Of a DNA stretch of 46,659 nucleotides, positions 7,518 through 16,238 are shown piece by piece. The number at the start of each line of letters is the position of its first letter. Positions within the stretch are counted from its first letter, which is position 1. Both the position numbers and the translations under genes were made by a program. The notes under the pieces are model-generated. The model saw nothing but the letters and a program-made list of their open reading frames with translations. It had not been told where the DNA came from and made no database searches. This DNA comes from Dehalococcoidia bacterium (GTDB lineage: Bacteria > Chloroflexota > Dehalococcoidia > SHYB01), in NCBI GenBank assembly GCA_034420775.1, contig DAOUKZ010000177.1, forward strand, positions 1 to 46,659. The letters are read 5' to 3'.

Positions 7518-9215
7518 CTAGCGGTACCAGCCGCTCCGCAGCACCACGGCGGGGAGGTCGCCGGTCTCCTCGCCGTCGGCGATGGTGCGCCTTCCGTTCA
7601 CCAAGACATGCTCGACGCCGTCGGCGTTCTGCACCCAGCGGGTGTCGCCGCCGGGGAGGTCGTTCTTCGGCTCCTTGTAGTGCGTTTCGAGCTTGTCGAG
7701 GTCGAAGACGGCGATGTCGGCCTTCATGCCGGGCTTCAGCACGCCGCGGTCCGTCAGGCCGATCCACCGCGCGTGGTCGGCGGTGACCTTCTTGACGCCG
7801 TGCTCGAGGTCCATGACCTCGTTCTCGACGACCCACTTCTTCAGGAAGTAGGAGGCCTCGCCGCTCTTGCACTCGCTGGCGATGTGCGCGCCGGCGTCGG
7901 AGTTCATCGGCGAGACGTGGGCGTGGTTGAGGAGCGGGGCGCGCGATTCGTCGGCGAGCCACTTTTCCTCCGGCATAAAGCGCATCTCGAACATCGTCTC
8001 GCCGTCCTCGGCGAGGGCGAGGTCGAGGAGCACGTCGGCCTTGTGCTTGCCGGTCTCGGCGGCGAGCTGCGGGATGGTCTTTCCGTTGAGGCCGCGGTTG
8101 GCGCCGGTGGCCGCCTTGTGCACCGTGAAGTAGTCCCAGACGATCCGGGGACGGCGCATGTTGCGGGCGTCCATCGTGGCTTCGGCGTCGATCTCGTCGC
8201 GCAACTGCTGCCGGATCGAGGCGTCGCCGAAGCGGGCGCGCCGCACTTCCGGCGCCTTGCCCATGATGTCGAACCACGTGTCCATGCTGTTGAAGGTCGT
8301 GGTGCCGGAGTTGATGCTGAAAATCTTGTAGAAGGGCTGCGACGCCACGACGCCGTAGATCTCGGCGCCCTTGGTGCGGGAGTCGGCCATGAAGTCCCAG
8401 GCGTCGGAGTTGCTGACGCCGTTGAGCTGGATCGTCGTGCCGCTCCGCTTGGCGAGGTTGAAGATGAGCTCCTTGTCCTCTTTGCTCATTCCCGCGAAGA
8501 GGCCCTGCGGGATCAGGCCCATGGCCGTGGCGTTGAGCGACTTGAGCTCGTCGGCGAGGGCGTAGAGCTCCTCGGGGGCCGCCTGACGGCTGGGGACGGG
8601 CTCGCCGCGCGCCCCGAAATGGCTCGGCGCCCGCGACGTGGTGAGGCCGAAGGCGCCGGCCTCGATACCGTCGTGCAGCACGCGGCGCATCTCGGCGATC
8701 TCGTCCTCGGTGGCCTCGCGCTCGAGGGCCGCCTCGCCCATGACGTAGTAGCGCAGCGTCGAGTGGCCGACCATGGTCACCGCGTTGACGCCGAGGCCCT
8801 TATCCATGCTCTTGAGATATTCGTCGGTGGTCACCCAGTCCCAGGGGAGGTTCTCCTGGAATATCTTGGGCGCGATCTCCTCGACCTGGCCGAACATCAG
8901 GATGATGTACTCGCGGTCTTCCGGCTTGACGGGCGCCAGCGTGTAGCCGCAGTTGCCCATCAGCACCGTGGTCACGCCGTGCCACGACGACGAGGAGCCC
9001 CGCGGCTCCCAGATGAGCTGGCCGTCGAGGTGGGTGTGGGGGTCGATGATGCCCGGCGTCACCACGAGCCCCGACGCGTCGATGGTCTCGCCTCCGGTGC
9101 TCAGGCCGGGCCCGATCTCCGCGATTTCCGAGTCGCGCACCAGCACGTCGGCCGATTGCCGAGGTGCGCCGGTCCCGTCGACGACCGTGCCGCCCTTGAT
9201 GAGGATTTCGCTCAT
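7518..9215 (-). CDS. D-aminoacylase-type (N-acyl-D-amino-acid deacylase family) amidohydrolase
   Basis: MSEILIKGGTVVDGTGAPRQSADVLVRDSEIAEIG...VVTPGIIDPHTHLDG is the characteristic N-terminus with a metal-binding HxH. I prefer ATG 9215 (preceded by GAAAGGGGA) to the track start at 9266. Confidence 0.85.
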   Translation of the reverse strand: MSEILIKGGTVVDGTGAPRQSADVLVRDSEIAEIGPGLSTGGETIDASGLVVTPGIIDPHTHLDGQLIWEPRGSSSSWHGVTTVLMGNCGYTLAPVKPEDREYIILMFGQVEEIAPKIFQENLPWDWVTTDEYLKSMDKGLGVNAVTMVGHSTLRYYVMGEAALEREATEDEIAEMRRVLHDGIEAGAFGLTTSRAPSHFGARGEPVPSRQAAPEELYALADELKSLNATAMGLIPQGLFAGMSKEDKELIFNLAKRSGTTIQLNGVSNSDAWDFMADSRTKGAEIYGVVASQPFYKIFSINSGTTTFNSMDTWFDIMGKAPEVRRARFGDASIRQQLRDEIDAEATMDARNMRRPRIVWDYFTVHKAATGANRGLNGKTIPQLAAETGKHKADVLLDLALAEDGETMFEMRFMPEEKWLADESRAPLLNHAHVSPMNSDAGAHIASECKSGEASYFLKKWVVENEVMDLEHGVKKVTADHARWIGLTDRGVLKPGMKADIAVFDLDKLETHYKEPKNDLPGGDTRWVQNADGVEHVLVNGRRTIADGEETGDLPAVVLRSGWYR

Positions 9216-9380
9216 GCCGAGTCCCCTTTCGCTCGCATCACATTTCCGGCGGCCAGTGTACGCCATCGGCCCAACGGACGGAAGGGCGCGTGGCCGCTTG
9301 AGTAGCAGGGGTGACGGCGCGCAAAGGTGGCACCCTTCGAAGGCCTGTGGCGGTTGAAAGGGGGCCCCTCAGCTCACTCT

Positions 9381-9640
9381 TCTCCCGTGGGAGACCTTTG
9401 CAAAATTAGGGCCGCGGGCTCCATTGACGTTGGCGCACCCCTCCCCGCTCCCCGCCCTCACCCCAACCCTCTCCCAGCGGGAGAGGGGGCAAGACCCCGC
9501 CCATCTGCCGCTCTCTTCTCGCCAGCGGGTTACGCAAAGGATCCGTCGGGAGAAGAGGCAAGACCTCCCCGCTCCGGCGCGCCCTGCGGGCGCGTGCCCT
9601 CCCTCAGTCCCTCCCAAGAGGGAGGGAGGTTTAAGGGCGC
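9381..9640. repeat. cluster of G/C-rich composite hairpin repeats (family copy 1)
   Basis: Hairpins present: TCTCCC-GT-GGGAGA (9381..9394); CCCTCTCCC-AGC-GGGAGAGGG (9467..9487); CGCGCCC-TGC-GGGCGCG (9578..9594); TCCCTCCC-AAGA-GGGAGGGA followed by GGTTTAAGG (9608..9635). Segment 9389..9502 is nearly identical to 23568..23682. Confidence 0.85.
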
Positions 9641-9679
9641 CCCCACAGGGAGAGGCGGGAGGGCACCGAGGCCGCGCCT

Positions 9680-11788
9680 TTACTCCATCGACTCGCCGAC
9701 GAGCTCGATGACGTCGACCACTTCGACTTCACCGGCCTTGCCGGCGGACTCGACGCCCTCGGTGAGCATCTGGAGGCAGAAGGGGCAGGAGACGCCGATC
9801 TTGTCGGGGGCCGTGTCGAGGATCTGGTCGGTGCGGACGTGGTTGATGCGGCGGCCGGAGCCCTCCTCGACGAACATGTGGCCGCCGCCGGCGCCGCAGC
9901 AGAAGCCGCGCTCGCGGTTGCGGAGCGGCACCTCTTGCAGCTCGACGCCGGGGATGGCCGCCACGATGTCGCGGGGCTCGTCGTAGATGCCGTTGTGACG
10001 GCCCAGGTAGCAGGAGTCGTGGTAGGTGACCTTGCCGGCGATGGGCTTGCCCAGCTTCAGCTTGCCCTCGTCCATGAGCCGCCGTACGAAGGTGGCGTAG
10101 TGCTCGACCTCGTAGCTGCCGCCGAAGTCGGGGTACTCATGCTTCAGCGTGTTGAAGCAGTGGGGACAGGTGGTGACGATCTTCATCGACTTGTGCTCGT
10201 CGAGCAGCTCGACGTTCCGCCGCGCCATGATCTCGAAGAGGTACTCGTGGCCGATGCGCCGCGCCGGGTCGCCGGTGCAGCCCTCGGCGTTGCCAAGGAT
10301 GGCGTAGTTGACTCCGGCGCGTTCCAGGACGCGGGCCATGGCGCGGGCGATGGCCTGGCTGCGCTCTTCGAGGGCGGCGGTGCAGCCGACCCAGAACAGT
10401 ACGTCGACAGCCTCCGAGTCCCCTGTACCGTTGCCCAGGCTCTTCACCGGCAGACCATCCGTCCAGTCCATCCGCGAGGCCTGCGTGCCGCGCCAGGGAT
10501 GGCCGCGGGTTTCGAGGCTCTGCAACGTCTGCTGTGCCGTGGACGGCATGTTCGACTCGGTCATCACCAGGTGGCGCCGCAGATCGACGATGCTGTCGAT
10601 GTGATCGACGAGCACCGGGCACTCCTGGACGCAGGCGCCGCAGGTGACGCAGTCCCAGACCCACTCCTCGGTGAAGTGGCGTCCTAGGAGGGGCTGTTCG
10701 TCCGACGCCGTCTCGCGCTCCTCCTGCGTGGTTGCCTTGGCGACGGCGGGGGCGACCTCGAGCAGGTTGTGCTTGACGCCCTCGACGAGGTCCATGGGCG
10801 AGAGGGGCTTGCCGCTGATGTTGGCGGGACAGTTGAAGGTGCAGCGTCCGCAGACGGCGCAGGCGTAGCCGTCGACGAGCTCCTTCCAGGTGAACTCGTG
10901 GGGGTGCTTGGCGCCCCAGACCTCGGCCTCTTCCATGTCGGGGATGGGCCGGAGCGCGCCTCGGGGCGTGAGCTTGCGGAAGAAGGCGTTCAACGGCGAG
11001 GCGATGATGTGGAAGTGCTTGGACAACGGGATGTAAACAAAGAAGCCCACCGTGATGAGGAAGTGGACCCAGTAGAAGAGGCCGTGCAGGGTCTTGGCCG
11101 CGGAGGCAGAGAAGCCCGCCGAGCCAAGCGCCGTGCCGATGCTCCCTGAGATCGGGGTGCCGGCGGCGATCTCCGGCGTGATGGCCCCGCCGAGGTAGGC
11201 GACGGCTGCGGGGTTGGCCTCGGCGGCGGCGACGATCGAGATCTGGGTGAGCTGATGGAAGAGCATCAGCGATCCCGTCGCCATGAGGATGATGCCAGGC
11301 TCGTAGCCCTGGAGCCCGTCGAGGCGCTTGGGACGGCCTATCCAACGCCGCACCGCCGCCCAGACCACGGCGGCGAGTACGAACACCGTGAGGATGTCGA
11401 GCCACCAGAAGAAGAACTCGAGGCCGGTGGGCGAGAGGACGAAGGCCGAGTTGGTGGGCTTGATGGGGTCGAGGACGAGGAAGAGGGTGTAGCCGACGAG
11501 CTTCGAGATGAAGCCCCAGAAGATGATGAAGTGGCCGATGCCGGCGAGGTCACGCCAGCGCCACGAAACGCTCATCAAGACCCGCCGCTGGCCGAAGACG
11601 ACGAGGACCATACCCCACAGGCGTTGCAGGGGGTGGTCGAAGCGCGGGTCTTCGCGCTTCCCCAGCAAGACCGGCGCCACGAACCGGGCGTAGATGGCGT
11701 AGGAGCCGGCGGCGATGCCGACAATGCCGATGACGAAAAGCGGGATCCAGAGGGGAAGGACGCCGAAGAGGTCGCCGGGAACGATCAT
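9680..11788 (-). CDS. membrane-anchored Fe-S oxidoreductase (HdrD/GlpC-like, two CCG domains, N-terminal polytopic domain)
   Basis: The 702-aa product has an N-terminal multi-TM region with conserved His (SKHFHI). It has two 4Fe-4S ferredoxin motifs (CAVCGRCTFNCP, CVTCGACVQECP). C-terminal Cys-rich CCG-type motifs are present (CPHCFNTL, GFCCGAGGG, CPFCLQML). Confidence 0.85.
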   Translation of the reverse strand: MIVPGDLFGVLPLWIPLFVIGIVGIAAGSYAIYARFVAPVLLGKREDPRFDHPLQRLWGMVLVVFGQRRVLMSVSWRWRDLAGIGHFIIFWGFISKLVGYTLFLVLDPIKPTNSAFVLSPTGLEFFFWWLDILTVFVLAAVVWAAVRRWIGRPKRLDGLQGYEPGIILMATGSLMLFHQLTQISIVAAAEANPAAVAYLGGAITPEIAAGTPISGSIGTALGSAGFSASAAKTLHGLFYWVHFLITVGFFVYIPLSKHFHIIASPLNAFFRKLTPRGALRPIPDMEEAEVWGAKHPHEFTWKELVDGYACAVCGRCTFNCPANISGKPLSPMDLVEGVKHNLLEVAPAVAKATTQEERETASDEQPLLGRHFTEEWVWDCVTCGACVQECPVLVDHIDSIVDLRRHLVMTESNMPSTAQQTLQSLETRGHPWRGTQASRMDWTDGLPVKSLGNGTGDSEAVDVLFWVGCTAALEERSQAIARAMARVLERAGVNYAILGNAEGCTGDPARRIGHEYLFEIMARRNVELLDEHKSMKIVTTCPHCFNTLKHEYPDFGGSYEVEHYATFVRRLMDEGKLKLGKPIAGKVTYHDSCYLGRHNGIYDEPRDIVAAIPGVELQEVPLRNRERGFCCGAGGGHMFVEEGSGRRINHVRTDQILDTAPDKIGVSCPFCLQMLTEGVESAGKAGEVEVVDVIELVGESME

Positions 11789-11959
11789 CCGGTGGGGCTA
11801 TCCGTCCTGGAAGTGAACTCTTGGTGGAGAGGTGTCACTGCCGCGTCAAGCTCGTCTCCAAGAATTTTAACACACTGTTGGGCGCGTACCCTTCTGCTCT
11901 CTTCCTCTGTGGGGCCTTTGCGTAACCGACCCTTTCGGCTCCAGGCATATCGGTGCGCC

Positions 11960-12105
11960 CCACCGTGCCCCTCCGGCGCGCCTGGCGGCGCGTACCCTCT
12001 TTCAGTTTCCCCCGTGAGGGGGAAAGGCCGGAGGGGCGGGCGGCTTCCAGGGACGTTGGCGGTTGGCAGGGGACGGGCGCCCACAAGAGGCGCCCCTACG
12101 GGAGG
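11960..12105. repeat. G/C-rich composite hairpin repeats (family copy 2)
   Basis: Hairpins present: GCGCGCC-TGGC-GGCGCG; TTTCCCCC-GTGA-GGGGGAAA (12006..12025); GGGCGCC-CACAAGA-GGCGCCC followed by CTACGGG (12075..12101). Confidence 0.8.
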
Positions 12106-12130
12106 GGGAAGCGGCGGACGGCGGTCCGGC

Positions 12131-12529
12131 TTATTCGGGCTTCTCCGGGTCCAAGCCGGCGGCGCCGAGAAGTTGATCGAAGGTCATAATCCGGTCGACT
12201 CCGCGCCGCCGGCAACTCGCTAGGTGGCAAAGGTCTCTCGCCTCCAGCGTGGGATGCGCGGCGCGGAGTTGACGCGCCAGGGTGACATCCGCCGCTTCCA
12301 GCGTCCATACCTCCACTCCCGCTCGGTCGATCAGCGCCACGGCGTCGTCGAACACGCCGGACCGGCGGACGGGCAGGTAGGCATGCAGCATCTCTTGCAG
12401 TACCTCGGCGGAGGTGCAGAGCGGTGTGGAGTTCAGGAAAGACTCGGTGAAGAAATCACGAGCGCGGGACCTAAGCGGATGCGGTTTCCCAACCGCGTAC
12501 ATGAAGACGTTGCTATCGACGAAGATCAT
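12131..12529 (-). CDS. vapC: PIN-domain toxin VapC
   Basis: MIFVDSNVF places the conserved Asp at residue 5. Later acidic residues fall in TSAEVLQE, EARD and TFD. The 132-aa gene shares an ATGA start/stop overlap with the upstream antitoxin gene. Confidence 0.85.
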   Translation of the reverse strand: MIFVDSNVFMYAVGKPHPLRSRARDFFTESFLNSTPLCTSAEVLQEMLHAYLPVRRSGVFDDAVALIDRAGVEVWTLEAADVTLARQLRAAHPTLEARDLCHLASCRRRGVDRIMTFDQLLGAAGLDPEKPE

Positions 12530-12795
12530 ACGCTGGGCAGACGCTGGAGCCGCGATGCTTCGATTGCGCGCTTCTGCGCTTCCCAGTCAGGTTCCAGGCC
12601 GGCCCCACGCCGGGCGTCACATTGCCGAAAGAACTCCGAGAGGTCATCCGCCTGCGAGAACCGAGGCTTCTTCTCCTCCAGACGGGCATGGGCCGCGGCC
12701 CGCAGCCATGCGCTGAAGGTCAAACCCTCCCGGCGCGCCTGGTGGATGAACCGGTCGCGGTCCTCGTCGGGTATGAGCAGCTGCACTCTGGCCAT
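12526..12795 (-). CDS. vapB: ribbon-helix-helix (CopG/VapB-type) antitoxin
   Basis: MARVQLLIPDEDRDRFIHQARREGLTFSAWLR is a typical RHH N-terminus. ATG 12795 is preceded by GGTGAGGA; the track start at 12813 is a TTG. Confidence 0.7.
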   Translation of the reverse strand: MARVQLLIPDEDRDRFIHQARREGLTFSAWLRAAAHARLEEKKPRFSQADDLSEFFRQCDARRGAGLEPDWEAQKRAIEASRLQRLPSV

Positions 12796-12823
12796 TTGTA
12801 GCGTCCTCACCAAAGCCGGATAA

Positions 12824-12844
12824 ATGTGTATGCATGATACACAT
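12824..12844. promoter_or_regulatory. A/T-rich palindrome upstream of vapBC (candidate operator/promoter)
   Basis: ATGTGTAT-GCATG-ATACACAT has 8-bp perfect arms. It lies about 30 nt upstream of the vapB start and is the only A/T-rich patch in that gap. Confidence 0.5.
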
Positions 12845-12897
12845 CAGCGCCTGAACGGACAACTTTTCCGTGACCTCCGCACCTGCAGGGGCGTTCC

Positions 12898-13755
12898 CTA
12901 CGAGGTGCTGCCGCCGTCGAGGTAGACGCAGGCGCCGGTCATGAAGTCCGAGGCCGGGGACGAGAGGAACGCGGTGAGCAGGCCGACCTCGCGGGCCTCG
13001 GCGAGCCGGCGCATGGGGATTTCCGACAGAATCTTCGAACGCAGCCGCTCGTCCTCCATCGACACGCGGATGAGGTCCGTGTCGACGTAGGTGGCGCAGA
13101 TCGCGTTGACCTGCACGCCGTGGCGGGCCCACTCGACGGCCACGGACTTCGTCATGCGGTTGAGGGCGGCCTTGCTGGTGTCGTAGGTGAAGCGGTAGCG
13201 GCCAGCGCGCTCCGCGTTGATCGATGAAATGTTGACGACCTTGCCCGAGCCGCGCTCCAGCATGTGCGGCCCGACGGCCCGCATGCAGAGGAATGCGCCG
13301 CGGAGGTTGACGTCCATGACCTGGGACCACTCCTCCATCGAGTAAGGCTCAAAGAAGCCGGGGAAGTTGTCCGCCGTGGCCGGTTTCAGACCGGGGAGCG
13401 GCACCAGCGGCTTCACCACGGCGATACCCGCGTTGTTGACCAGCACGTCGATCCCGCCGAGCTGGGACAGCGCCCCTTCGACCATCGCCGCGACGCTGGC
13501 CTCGTCGGTGATGTCGGTGGGGATGGCGGCGGCCCGGCGGCCCATGCCGCGAATCTCGTCCGCCACCGCGTCCAGCTCGTCGCGGCTGCGGGCGGCGACG
13601 CAGACGTCGACGCCGGCCTCGGCGAGGGTGAGGGCGATGGCCTTGCCGATACCGCGGCCCGCGCCGGTCACGATGGCCTTCTTGCCTTCGATGGAGAACT
13701 CGGGGAGGGTCTTCAAGGGTGGCGGTCCCGCTCGCTCAGATGATCTCGCGCACAA
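12898..13755 (-). CDS. SDR family oxidoreductase (FabG-like)
   Basis: GKKAIVTGAGRGIGKAIAL provides the cofactor motif, with NNAG and a YxxxK (YDTSK). The start is uncertain. ATG 13755 overlaps the upstream gene by 20 nt; TTG 13716 would give MKTLPEFSIEGKKAIVTG. Confidence 0.85.
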   Translation of the reverse strand: MCARSSERAGPPPLKTLPEFSIEGKKAIVTGAGRGIGKAIALTLAEAGVDVCVAARSRDELDAVADEIRGMGRRAAAIPTDITDEASVAAMVEGALSQLGGIDVLVNNAGIAVVKPLVPLPGLKPATADNFPGFFEPYSMEEWSQVMDVNLRGAFLCMRAVGPHMLERGSGKVVNISSINAERAGRYRFTYDTSKAALNRMTKSVAVEWARHGVQVNAICATYVDTDLIRVSMEDERLRSKILSEIPMRRLAEAREVGLLTAFLSSPASDFMTGACVYLDGGSTS

Positions 13756-16120
13756 CGAGATCGAGATAGGCTTCTTCGCTCATGCCGACTACGCCGCGCA
13801 GAATCGGCTCGTTGTGCTCGCCGAGCACGGCGCACGGACGGTGCACCGCGAGCCGCTCGCCGTCGAGGATGATGGGGCACTGGACAATCGTCGCCTCGCC
13901 GAGCTCCGGGTGCGGAACCCTGGCGACCGCGCCCCGCGCCGCGAGGTGCTCGTCGCGCTCCAGGTCGGGGCCGTGGGAGACGACGCCGGCGGCGATGCCC
14001 GCGGCCTGGAGGCGGTAGAAGGCGTCCCAGGGCTCGAGTGGGGCGCACCAAGCGGCCAGGGCGGCCTCGACGGCTTCGACCGAGCCGTCGCCGGCGCCGG
14101 TGAGGTCAGCGGCCTTGGCCAGCATTTCGGCGCCGGTGGCGGTGACGACGATCCATTGGTCGTCACCGGCGCATTGGTAGCAGCCCTGCAGCGGCGCGCC
14201 GAGCGCTCCGGCGCGGTTCCCCGCCGGCCTCGCCGTCTCGCCGTTCACCGTCCATTGCAGGACCTCGGGGCCGACGAGCGTCGCCCCGCATTCGAGCTGC
14301 GACACGTCGACGTGGTCGCCCTTGCCGGTGACCTCGCGGCGGAGCAGGCCGTCGAGCACGCCGAGGGCGCCCAGATAGCCCGCCATGTAGTCCATGTGGG
14401 AGTGGCCGAAGCCGAGCGGGCCGCCGCCCTCGTAGCCGAAGAGCCAAGTGAGGCCGCTGAGTGCCGACGAGGTCGGGTGATAGCTCGGCCACGAGGCCCG
14501 TGGGCCGGTCTGACCGAAGCCGGTGAGGCTTGCCATGATCGCCTTCGGGTTGGCCTTGGACACCGCCGCGTAGTCCGCGCCGAGCCGGCCCATCGTGCCG
14601 CCGGTGAAGTTCTCGAGCACCACGTCGGCGTGCCCGATGACGTCGAGCGCGACCGCGGCGGCGTCGGGCTTCTTCATGTCGATGGTGACGCTCTGCTTGT
14701 CGCGGTTGATGTCGTGGAAGGTGTAGCTGCCGTTGAGGTTGATCTCGCCGTCCCGGAAGGGGACGAGCATGCGCGACGGGTCGCCGATCTCGCGGGGCTC
14801 GACCTTGACGATCTCTGCGCCCAGGTCGCCCAGCGCCCGCCCCATCACGGGGCCGGCGATGTTCCAACAGAAGTCGACGACACGGACGCCTTCCAAGGGC
14901 ATCCGGCGCGCATCCTCGGTGGGGGCCGGCCACTCGGGCCGCTCCGACCAGTCGCCCTCGACTTCGGCGGTGTGCTCGCCGGGCCGGGGCGGCGAGCCCG
15001 GGTCCGGCGGTTGGAGGCCCGCATCGCCGCGGAAGGGGAGGCAGGGCATGGTGTGGCGCTCGCCCTCGTGGCCGGGCCGGGGGTCGGCGAGGGCGTCGAA
15101 GCTGCCGCGGAACTGGAGCTGGTCGTCCTCCAGGGTCTTGCCGGGCGGACGCACGGGCGCGTTGGGGATTCCGCGCTCCGCGCCGCCGACGAAGAGCTCT
15201 TCTTCGGTGACGAGGCGGGCGAAGCCGCCCACGCGCTCGTTGATGAGGTCGCGGTTGGCGCGCCGGTAGACGAGTTCGGCGAAGGCGTCGTCATCGAGCG
15301 GGCCGGGGTCGTACCCCACGCGTCTCATCCACTCGATCATCGCCTGCCATTGCTGCTGCGAGGATAGACCGACGAAGACGTGGCCGTCCTTCGCCTGGTA
15401 GACCTTGAACGGCGTGGCGAGGGGGTGGTCGCCGTTGATGCGCTTGACGATTTCGCCGTTGCAGAAATAGAAGGAGTGGGCGGTCTCCGACATGTCGAAC
15501 GAGGTCTCTTGCGAAGAGAGGTCGATGCGGGCGCCCTGCCCTGTTTTGCGGCGGCGGTAGACGGCGCCGAGGACGGAGATCGCCGCCCACACCGAGGTGC
15601 AGTGGTAGGCCTGGAGGGCGGGCGCGGTGAGCGGCTCGCGGTCGGGGTCGCCTGTGAGTCCCATCAGGCCGCCCATGGCCCAGGCGACGATGTCGGAGCC
15701 CTTGAAGTCGCTGAAGGGGCCGTCGCTTCCGAAGTCGGTGGCCGAGAGGTGGATGAGGCCAGGGTTGGCCGCCGCCAGCACCTCCGGCGCGACGCCGAGC
15801 GCCTCGAGCCTGCCGGGAGGCAGCGCGTCGAGCAGCACGTCGGCCTTGACGGCGAGCGCGACGAACCGGTCGCGGCCCTCCGCCGACGCGAGGTCACACT
15901 TGACCGACCGGGCGCGGGAATAGCCGTACCAGAAGAGCAGGCTCTCCCCGTCCCCGCCCGCCAGCGGCGGCGCGGTACGCAGCGCCGACCCCTCCGGCAA
16001 CTCGACGGCGACGACGTCGGCGCCCATGTCGGCGAGCAGCTTGCAGCAGAGGGCGAGCTTGGGGTCGGGGAGCGCAAGCACGCGCACACCCTGAAGCGAT
16101 CGGACGGTCTGGTCGGCCAT
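13736..16120 (-). CDS. tandem-fused family III CoA-transferase (794 aa)
   Basis: The N-terminal half begins LQGVRVLALPDPKLALCCKLLADMGADVVAVELPEG. The second half begins LEGVRVVDFCWNIAGPVMGRALGDLGAEIVKVEPRE. The C-terminal half has HMDYMAG (Asp present); the N-terminal half has ALQAYHCTS at the equivalent place. Confidence 0.9.
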   Translation of the reverse strand: MADQTVRSLQGVRVLALPDPKLALCCKLLADMGADVVAVELPEGSALRTAPPLAGGDGESLLFWYGYSRARSVKCDLASAEGRDRFVALAVKADVLLDALPPGRLEALGVAPEVLAAANPGLIHLSATDFGSDGPFSDFKGSDIVAWAMGGLMGLTGDPDREPLTAPALQAYHCTSVWAAISVLGAVYRRRKTGQGARIDLSSQETSFDMSETAHSFYFCNGEIVKRINGDHPLATPFKVYQAKDGHVFVGLSSQQQWQAMIEWMRRVGYDPGPLDDDAFAELVYRRANRDLINERVGGFARLVTEEELFVGGAERGIPNAPVRPPGKTLEDDQLQFRGSFDALADPRPGHEGERHTMPCLPFRGDAGLQPPDPGSPPRPGEHTAEVEGDWSERPEWPAPTEDARRMPLEGVRVVDFCWNIAGPVMGRALGDLGAEIVKVEPREIGDPSRMLVPFRDGEINLNGSYTFHDINRDKQSVTIDMKKPDAAAVALDVIGHADVVLENFTGGTMGRLGADYAAVSKANPKAIMASLTGFGQTGPRASWPSYHPTSSALSGLTWLFGYEGGGPLGFGHSHMDYMAGYLGALGVLDGLLRREVTGKGDHVDVSQLECGATLVGPEVLQWTVNGETARPAGNRAGALGAPLQGCYQCAGDDQWIVVTATGAEMLAKAADLTGAGDGSVEAVEAALAAWCAPLEPWDAFYRLQAAGIAAGVVSHGPDLERDEHLAARGAVARVPHPELGEATIVQCPIILDGERLAVHRPCAVLGEHNEPILRGVVGMSEEAYLDLVVREII

Positions 16121-16238
16121 TGGCCACCTCTGGCGCGGCGCTTGGGGCTCGGTCGGCGCGGCGGCCCCCTATGTATACTGCCTCCGCCCCCGACCCTCAA
16201 CCCTCAAGCGTAAGGTGGGGCGCAGAGGGAGCCCGATC

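Noticed and set aside
7335-9305. 656-aa + strand ORF
   Set aside because: It is antisense to the convincing D-aminoacylase-type gene (7518..9215). Its composition is low-complexity Gly/Ala/Val/Arg/Asp/Leu with no recognisable domain.
9327-9986. ORFs reading through the repeat clusters (also 23477..23950, 23790..24344, 18649..19149), translating to PHPNPLPAGEGARP-like strings
   Set aside because: The apparent conservation comes from DNA-level hairpin repeats read in frame. There is no RBS, the composition is low-complexity, and the frames differ between copies. I treat them as non-coding repeats.
13367-15367. 666-aa + strand ORF
   Set aside because: It is antisense to the SDR and the fused CoA-transferase genes, with shadow-ORF composition.
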